The notes beneath the pieces are model-generated. The model was not told the DNA's origin, searched no databases, and saw only the letters and a list, made by a program, of their open reading frames with translations. This document shows positions 57,684-64,000 of a stretch of 64,000 nt of DNA, piece by piece. The stretch covers positions 27,704 to 91,703 of the forward strand of contig CAZEDS010000001.1 of assembly GCA_964510925.1 (NCBI GenBank), given 5' to 3'. The number at the start of each line of letters is the position of its first letter. Position 1 is the first letter of the stretch. The position numbers were made by a program, and so were the translations under genes. The DNA comes from an uncultured Candidatus Saccharibacteria bacterium (GTDB lineage Bacteria > Patescibacteriota > WWE3 > 2-01-FULL-39-13).

Positions 57684-58163
57684 TTAATCCTGTTTAACAG
57701 TTATTATAACTTTTCTTTCACGACCTTCACCTTCTGAATATGAAGTCATACCTTCAACACTTGAAACTACTTCGTGAACAAGTCTTCTTTCATAACTGGA
57801 CATTGGGTAAAGACTTACTGGTTTGCCTAATTCTTTTGATTTGTTAGCAGCATCAAAAGCAATGTCTTTTAATTTGTTTTCTCGTGCAGTTCTATAATCA
57901 CCAATATCCAAAACAATACTGTTATCACCTTCTAATTCTTTAGCAATTAAAATATTCAAAATATATTGAAGAGAATTTAGATTATTACCATGATAACCAA
58001 CCAAAAGGCTGTCATCCGTAGATTTAACAACAACTCGGGATTTTCCACCTGCAACACTATCAATAAATTCAATCGAAAAATCGATACCTAAAAACCCAAG
58101 TATGTCACTTAAAATTTCTTTAATTCTTGTTTGCGCTGTTTGATCCATAACCTCGATTAACAA
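57684..58163 (-). CDS. jag: Jag/KhpB RNA-binding protein (KH plus R3H domains)
   Basis: KH-like N-terminal half and an R3H motif (ERRLVHEVV). Downstream of yidC. Confidence 0.8.
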   Translation of the reverse strand: MLIEVMDQTAQTRIKEILSDILGFLGIDFSIEFIDSVAGGKSRVVVKSTDDSLLVGYHGNNLNSLQYILNILIAKELEGDNSIVLDIGDYRTARENKLKDIAFDAANKSKELGKPVSLYPMSSYERRLVHEVVSSVEGMTSYSEGEGRERKVIITVKQD

Positions 58164-58896
58164 TTAGGTACTGAGCGGCAGCAATTAACGTTGAAACTAA
58201 CATATACAAAGTCAAACCGGCAGGTAAGCTTATACCAATAATAAAAGTCACTATCGGCATTGTATATAGCATTTGTTCTTGAACATTATACATAATGTCA
58301 TCTTGCTTGTCAGGCGTATTTTTCGCTACTTTTTCAGCTTTATCCACAGCAGGCTTCATTAATTTTGAAAGATAAAATTGTGAGACAGCGGCCAAAACAG
58401 GAATATAGTAATTAGGAACAGATAAATCCATACCTAAAAAATGTGTATTTAAAATTTGACCATCATGAAACTTTAAAAAATCCCAATTGTAGGTTAACTC
58501 ATTTACTCTGCTAACAATCGAGTCCTTGTGATTCAAAATATCGTGAAAAGCCCCATACAAAGGTCCAAAAACAAAAAAGATAGTTATAAGTTGTGGTAAA
58601 CAACCCAACGCAGGGTTTATTCCATTTTCACGCATAAGCTCCATCTGCTTTTGAGCAAAAACTTGTTTATCTTTATATTTTTCTTTAAGAGCATCGATCT
58701 GTGGCTTTAAACTTTGCTGTTTTTTAGCAAGTTCCATTGAAGACTTAGTCAAAGGGTGCGTAATCAACTTAATAAAAAGAGTAATTCCAATAATGGCCAA
58801 ACCTAAATTAGTAAAACTTATTTGATAAAAGAAAATAAGCAAATTAAAAATAGGCGTATATATTAAGTTATTCCAAGCAACAGTTATAAATGTCAT
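58120..58896 (-). CDS. yidC: membrane protein insertase YidC/Oxa1 (short, Gram-positive type)
   Basis: Five TM segments with conserved [19 protein letters not shown] and [13 protein letters not shown] segments. Confidence 0.85.
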   Translation of the reverse strand: MTFITVAWNNLIYTPIFNLLIFFYQISFTNLGLAIIGITLFIKLITHPLTKSSMELAKKQQSLKPQIDALKEKYKDKQVFAQKQMELMRENGINPALGCLPQLITIFFVFGPLYGAFHDILNHKDSIVSRVNELTYNWDFLKFHDGQILNTHFLGMDLSVPNYYIPVLAAVSQFYLSKLMKPAVDKAEKVAKNTPDKQDDIMYNVQEQMLYTMPIVTFIIGISLPAGLTLYMLVSTLIAAAQYLIVNRGYGSNSANKN

Positions 58897-59126
58897 TTTA
58901 ATGGGTCAAAACCACCTTTGGTAAACGGATTACATCTTAGTATACGCCAAGCTCCTAATAAAGAACCTTTTATCAATCCATATTTATCAATCGCTTGATA
59001 GGTGTATTGAGAGCAAGTAGGTTCAAACCTACACACCTTAATACCCAAGGCTTTTGGATATCCTTGATCAAATGAGAGCCATTTTTGATATTGCTTTATT
59101 AAAATCAGAGCTAAATTCTTTAACAT
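58893..59126 (-). CDS. yidD: membrane protein insertion efficiency factor YidD
   Basis: [13 protein letters not shown]...[19 protein letters not shown]. Start trimmed to the internal Met (78 aa). Confidence 0.8.
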   Translation of the reverse strand: MLKNLALILIKQYQKWLSFDQGYPKALGIKVCRFEPTCSQYTYQAIDKYGLIKGSLLGAWRILRCNPFTKGGFDPLK

Positions 59127-59466
59127 CAACTCCAATTTTACCATTAGTATCGAGAACATTTCTTTTAGGGACAAAAACATAATAACCCGGTTTAAATTTA
59201 TCGTAACAATCATTCACATTTGCCAATATAAGGCGTCTAATACGATTTCTAACAACGCTTTTTGGAGAAAACTTAGCTGAGGCCGTAACTCCAAATAATT
59301 TTGGCTCCGTCGATCCTACCTCAACAAACGAAGGAAATTTTCTAACATAAATAATATTAAAATAGCGTGCATTTATTACAGTACCCTTTGTAAAGATGAA
59401 CCGAAATAAAAACTTATTTTTAAGCGTTAGATTTCTTTTAATCACAAGTACAGTATAACAATCCAC
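59068..59466 (-). CDS. rnpA: ribonuclease P protein component
   Basis: Conserved RNR motif region ([10 protein letters not shown]). Positioned between rpmH and yidD. Confidence 0.85.
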   Translation of the reverse strand: MDCYTVLVIKRNLTLKNKFLFRFIFTKGTVINARYFNIIYVRKFPSFVEVGSTEPKLFGVTASAKFSPKSVVRNRIRRLILANVNDCYDKFKPGYYVFVPKRNVLDTNGKIGVDVKEFSSDFNKAISKMALI

Positions 59467-59504
59467 TCAGTAGATTCTTATTTATATGTTTAGGATTTTT
59501 TGAA

Positions 59505-59666
59505 TTAGTCTGCTCGACCACGATTAATAGCTAAGCGTCTTCGACCTTTATCTCTTCGTCTCTTAAGAACGTTTCGACCGCTCTTTGTAGACATACGTTT
59601 TAAAAAGCCGTGTTTTCGATTTCCTTTTTTCTTTTTTGGTTGCCACGTTCGTTTTGTTTTAGCCAT
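59505..59666 (-). CDS. rpmH: 50S ribosomal protein L34
   Basis: Manually translated 53-aa [49 protein letters not shown]..., which matches the L34 consensus. Not in the ORF track because it is under 60 aa. Confidence 0.85.
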   Translation of the reverse strand: MAKTKRTWQPKKKKGNRKHGFLKRMSTKSGRNVLKRRRDKGRRRLAINRGRAD

Positions 59667-59828
59667 AACTCGGGTATTTTAACATAGATTTTTATAGGCT
59701 GCACCATGGGTTTTCTCCTAAGAATTGCTTATTATCTGGCTTTTAGAAGGGTACCTTGATAATCAGTGATTGACTGTGGATAACTGATAGGTTAAATCTA
59801 TTTATATGGATACCCAAAATGTGGATAA
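59667..59828. promoter_or_regulatory. oriC-proximal DnaA-box cluster and dnaA promoter region (rpmH/dnaA divergent intergenic)
   Basis: Perfect DnaA boxes TGTGGATAA at 59775-59783 and 59820-59828, plus near-matches (TTATCTGGC, TATGGATAC). Confidence 0.65.
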
Positions 59829-61197
59829 CTTATGGAGCGAAGTGAAGAACAGTTTAGAGCAAATAATAAACCCAATTCATTACAAAACATACATTCCAGG
59901 AACATACATAAAAAAAATCAACGAAGAAGATCTTTTAATTGAAATCACTTCACCTACAGAATTTCAACGAAATTTTATCGAAGAGCGGATGTATGGTCAT
60001 ATCAAAGAAAGTCTTTCAAACCTAATTGGCCCAAAATATCGATTAATGTTTAGTGTCACCCAAAAAGAAACTAAACAAATGACGATCGAAGATGTTGGAC
60101 CTCTATACGAACAAAAAGTAGCTTCAGAAACGAGTATCACGCAAACCAAAAAAGATGCGGGTTTAAATCCTCAATACACATTTGATCGATTTGTAGTCGG
60201 AAATAGCAACAGACTTGCTTATGCAGTAGCCACTGGAATCGCTGAAAATCCAGGTAAAATTTATAATCCATTTTTTGTTTATTCAGGAGTAGGATTGGGA
60301 AAAACACATTTGGTACAAGCAATTGGACACAAAATCATTGAAAAGCATCCAACCTACAAAGTTTTATACAAAACTGGAGAGCAATTTCTAAACGAAGTCG
60401 TAGATGCATTACGAAAATCTAAAATACCTGCAGATTCAAAAAGAAATGCTCTTAAAAAGAATTATCGAAATGTTGATGTATTAATAATCGATGATATTCA
60501 CTCAATAGCAGGGAAAGAAGCAACACAAGAAGAGTTTTTCCACACATTCAATGCACTATACATGAGCCAGAAGCAAATAATATTGACCTCAGATCGTCCG
60601 CCAAAAGAAATCAAAACACTTGAAGAACGATTATCTTCAAGATTCTCAAGTGGAATGATTGCAGATATCCAAAAACCGGACACAGAAACAAAACTAGCAA
60701 TTCTAAGAGAAAGAAATGAAGAATTAAGACTAAACATCAGAGACGATGTTTTAGCTTATATTGCAGAAGCTGTCGAATCAAATATCAGAGAACTCGAAGG
60801 AAAACTGTTACAAACGGCAACAAAAGCAATGAGCCAAGGAGTTGATCTAAACCAAAGCTTTGCCAAACAAGTTATCGGAGATATCAATAAAAGCAAACAA
60901 AAATTAATAACCCCAGATTTAATAATTCAAGAAGTATGTTCTTATTACAATATTTCCTCAAAAGAGCTAAAAGGGCAAAGAAGGATGAAACCTATCGTCA
61001 TGCCACGCCAAATCTGTATGTATCTATTTAGGGAAATTTTAAAGATGAGCCTAGTTTCAATTGGTGAACTTTTAGGCCGGAAAGATCATACGACGGTTAT
61101 ACATGCTATACAAAAAATTGAAGATCTCTTAAAAGATAAAGCCAATGCAAAAATACACAATGATATTTCTTACTTAAAAGAAAAGATTTTATCTTAA
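59806..61197 (+). CDS. dnaA: chromosomal replication initiator protein DnaA
   Basis: AAA+ Walker A (GVGLGKTHL), sensor motifs, and C-terminal DnaA-box-binding domain. 463 aa. Confidence 0.95.
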   Translation: MDTQNVDNLWSEVKNSLEQIINPIHYKTYIPGTYIKKINEEDLLIEITSPTEFQRNFIEERMYGHIKESLSNLIGPKYRLMFSVTQKETKQMTIEDVGPLYEQKVASETSITQTKKDAGLNPQYTFDRFVVGNSNRLAYAVATGIAENPGKIYNPFFVYSGVGLGKTHLVQAIGHKIIEKHPTYKVLYKTGEQFLNEVVDALRKSKIPADSKRNALKKNYRNVDVLIIDDIHSIAGKEATQEEFFHTFNALYMSQKQIILTSDRPPKEIKTLEERLSSRFSSGMIADIQKPDTETKLAILRERNEELRLNIRDDVLAYIAEAVESNIRELEGKLLQTATKAMSQGVDLNQSFAKQVIGDINKSKQKLITPDLIIQEVCSYYNISSKELKGQRRMKPIVMPRQICMYLFREILKMSLVSIGELLGRKDHTTVIHAIQKIEDLLKDKANAKIHNDISYLKEKILS

Positions 61198-61595
61198 CCT
61201 TTTTAGGTGACTTTTATATCTAAAGTTATACACATCGTTTTATTTAATAATTTAATATATATATTTAGTAGTAGTAATAGTAGGGGATGTGGATTTGTGT
61301 ATAAATTACAAAAACGCCTACAATGCAAAGTCATAGATCTATTTATTTTGTGGAATTCTTTAAACCCTATATTTTCGCCATTTTTTTATAAAAACACTCA
61401 TACAAGCTTGATTTTTCAACAAATAAACATTTTCTAAATATGTTGATATTCGGGTGATGTTCTGTTCTTCATTTGTGCTAGTTATAAACAATGACCGAGT
61501 AGTATTTACTACTTTCTGCACATAAAAAGGCTATGGGTTATACAACGGTTTTCGCTTAATTTAAGCCTGTTTTTGCAATTTGGTGGAATGTTACA
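61198..61595. promoter_or_regulatory. AT-rich non-coding region downstream of dnaA with DnaA-box-like 9-mers; candidate DNA-unwinding element
   Basis: About 400 bp with no ORF and very low GC. Contains TGTGGATTT, TGTGTATAA and TTGTGGAAT. Confidence 0.45.
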
Positions 61596-62915
61596 ATGAG
61601 GGTAATGAAGTCTCTTATAAAAATAATTCTTCCCTTATTTGTAATTGCCATTGTTTTTGGTATTGGTTTTTTTGCTTGGAAGTTAGTGAACAAAAGAACA
61701 AATCCTAATTCCGTTAATAGTTCCGCAAATGTAAATTTAGAATACTGGGGTTTGTACGAATCTGAAGCTGTAATGCAAAAACTTATTAATGTTTACCAAG
61801 AAGAACATCCAAACGTAAAAATAAAATATATACAAAAAACCTTTGATGATTTAGATACCTATCGATCTTCTTTAACAACTCGTTTAACGCAAGGTTCAGG
61901 GCCGGGTATTTTTAGAATGCACTCAACGTGGACTGATACCTTGTTTACTGAGATTGCACCTGCCGGAGATCACTTTTCATATGATGAATATTCAAAGCGT
62001 TTTTATCCCGTTTCTTTAAACCAATGCACTGGGCCAACAACTAAAAAAGTTTATTGTATTCCGATTATGTATGATGGTTTGGTTTTGCTATACAACAAAA
62101 ATATGTATAAAGACGCAAACATCACTCCTCAAATTGTTTCTTGGGAAGATTTAAGACAAGCAGCTATTCGTTTAACTGTTGTGGATGAGAAAAATAATAT
62201 TTTGAAATCAGGTCTTGCGATGGGAACTTCAAATAATGTTTCTAATTTTTCTGATGTTATTGCATTAATGTTTTTACAAAGTGATATCAAATTTCCTGAA
62301 AATTTAGATACAACAAGTGCTATGCAGATTTTTTCTTTTTATAAGAGCTTTGCGAATGATAGCCAAATTTGGAATGAATCGATGCCTAATTCCATAAAAT
62401 CTTTTGCAGCCGAACAAACTGCTATGGTTTTTGCTAAGAGCACAGATATTTTAGAAATATTAAGGATAAATCCAACATTAGATTTTGGCGTGTTGCCTGT
62501 GCCTCAATTGCCTAAATTGGGTGGTGGAGCAACAAGCAAGAATTGGGCATCCTTTTTTGTTGAAAGTGTTTCTGCTGATTTAGATGAAAACGAGCAAAAA
62601 GAAGCATGGAAATTTTTAGATTGGCTAAGTAAGCCTGAACAACAAATATTGCGTTTTAATGAAGCTTCAGTTATTAATCCGAGAAAATTTGGCGAAGCAT
62701 ACGGAAATGCTCAGTTAAAAAATAATCTTATTAATTCGCCTTTATTAGGTCCTATTTTGCAAGGTGCTCCAACGGCAGAAACTTCTGTTTTGGCAGATGA
62801 TTCTGGAAATGGTCCGATTGTAGATAAGTTAAGAACTTTGATTGATGATACTAGTCTAAAATCCCCAGAGGAGATAAAGATTGAAATTGACTCATTTAAA
62901 TCGATGATTAAATGA
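61596..62915 (+). CDS. ABC transporter extracellular solute-binding protein (family 1, sugar/oligosaccharide-type), membrane-anchored
   Basis: N-terminal TM anchor, then a roughly 400-aa two-lobed periplasmic-binding-protein fold. Confidence 0.6.
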   Translation: MRVMKSLIKIILPLFVIAIVFGIGFFAWKLVNKRTNPNSVNSSANVNLEYWGLYESEAVMQKLINVYQEEHPNVKIKYIQKTFDDLDTYRSSLTTRLTQGSGPGIFRMHSTWTDTLFTEIAPAGDHFSYDEYSKRFYPVSLNQCTGPTTKKVYCIPIMYDGLVLLYNKNMYKDANITPQIVSWEDLRQAAIRLTVVDEKNNILKSGLAMGTSNNVSNFSDVIALMFLQSDIKFPENLDTTSAMQIFSFYKSFANDSQIWNESMPNSIKSFAAEQTAMVFAKSTDILEILRINPTLDFGVLPVPQLPKLGGGATSKNWASFFVESVSADLDENEQKEAWKFLDWLSKPEQQILRFNEASVINPRKFGEAYGNAQLKNNLINSPLLGPILQGAPTAETSVLADDSGNGPIVDKLRTLIDDTSLKSPEEIKIEIDSFKSMIK

Positions 62916-62985
62916 TTTTAGAATAGGCTTAAATGCTATAATTTTCATGTTTAAAAGTTGTTTTTAATACTAATATCTTCTGCTT

Positions 62986-64000
62986 ATGATGGAAAAAGTT
63001 TACGATCACAAAAATTTAGAATCTAGCCTATATGCGTTGTGGGAAAAAATAGGAGCATTTAAACCTGAAAATGGCTTAAATACCCAAAAATCAACTTATT
63101 CTGTTTTGATGCCACCGCCTAATGCTAATGCTTCTTTGCATTGTGGTCATGCAACTTATTCGATTCAAGATGTGATGATTAGGTTTAAACGAATGCAAGG
63201 ATTTGAATCAGTCTATTTTCCAGGTACTGATCATGCAGGTTTTGAAACGCAAGTCGTGTATGAACGAAATCTTAAAGCCGAAGGTAAAAGCCGATTTGAT
63301 TTTGATCGAGAGACTTTTTATAACAATGTTCTGGCTTTTGTAAAAGAGAATTCTGACGTTGCAATTTCTCAACTTAAAAGACTTGGTATGAGTTGTGATT
63401 GGGATCGCTTAACCTTTACCTTGGATGATTTAGTTATCGATTTTGTTCTTGATACGTTTATAAAAATGAACAAAGACGGTATGGTTTATCGTGATGGATA
63501 TATGGTTAATTATTCGACCTATTACGGTACGACTTTTAGCGATTTAGAAACTGACTATAAAGATACGGTTTCACCTCTTTATTATGTTAAATATTTTTTA
63601 GTTGAGGATTCATCAAAATTCATAACTGTAGCAACGGTTAGGCCAGAAACTATTTTTGCGGATGTTGCTATTGCAGTTAATCCAAAAGATAAAAAATATA
63701 AAGATTTAGTTGGGAAATTTGTAATAAATCCATTAACTCAGGTGCAAATCCCAATTATCGAAGATGACTATGTTGAAATTGAATTTGGAACTGGCGCTCT
63801 AAAAATTACACCAGCCCACGATTTTAATGATTTTAAGATTGGTCAAAAACATAAATTGCCTTTAATTTCATTGATAAATTTAGATGGAAAAATGAACGAA
63901 AATGCTGGTGTATTAAAAGGTTTGTTTCCAAAAGAAGCTCGACCTAAATCAGCTGAGCTATTACAAAAAACAGGTAATTTAGAAAAAATTGATGATAAGT
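62986..64000 (+). CDS. valS: valyl-tRNA synthetase, N-terminal part (continues beyond window end)
   Basis: MPPPNANASLHCGHA (class I HIGH region in the ValRS PPPNxTGxLHxGHA context). The frame is open to the window end. Confidence 0.85.
   Translation, partial: MMEKVYDHKNLESSLYALWEKIGAFKPENGLNTQKSTYSVLMPPPNANASLHCGHATYSIQDVMIRFKRMQGFESVYFPGTDHAGFETQVVYERNLKAEGKSRFDFDRETFYNNVLAFVKENSDVAISQLKRLGMSCDWDRLTFTLDDLVIDFVLDTFIKMNKDGMVYRDGYMVNYSTYYGTTFSDLETDYKDTVSPLYYVKYFLVEDSSKFITVATVRPETIFADVAIAVNPKDKKYKDLVGKFVINPLTQVQIPIIEDDYVEIEFGTGALKITPAHDFNDFKIGQKHKLPLISLINLDGKMNENAGVLKGLFPKEARPKSAELLQKTGNLEKIDDK

Overview
This 64-kb window comes from a low-GC (about 32-33%) bacterial chromosome that uses the standard genetic code. 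The mix of features points to a small-genome, Gram-positive-like and possibly CPR/Patescibacteria-type organism; this is inference. Those features are many short membrane or secreted hypothetical proteins, an LPXTG-anchored surface protein, GT-C glycosyltransferases, a DPPR-synthase-like UbiA enzyme, a tRNA-Ile with anticodon UAU, and reduced IF-2 and NusA. The window contains the replication origin: a divergent rpmH/dnaA pair with perfect DnaA boxes. It also carries a rearranged rpmH-rnpA-yidD-yidC-jag-dnaN operon and several housekeeping operons (dnaG-rpoD, nusA-infB-rpsO-pnp, groES-groEL). Other recognised genes are trpS, the start of valS, an ABC-F ATPase, tag, tatD and a NDH-2-like oxidoreductase. 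Nine tRNA genes are present. Accessory content worth a second look includes a 4-gene operon built around a VirB4/TraC-family ATPase with unusual Pro/Gln-rich proteins. A two-hairpin RNA-like motif occurs three times, each time 3' of a minus-strand gene, and shows clear compensatory base changes. A roughly 420-bp intergenic region is heavily structured. An atypical tRNA(CAT) sits next to an inverted repeat and a tyrosine recombinase. Tandem 64-bp repeats follow tRNA-Ser. A set of envelope-glycan genes (tandem GT-C paralogs, WecA-like, UbiA/DPPR-like, PAP2) is also present. No rRNA, CRISPR array or obvious transposase was seen.
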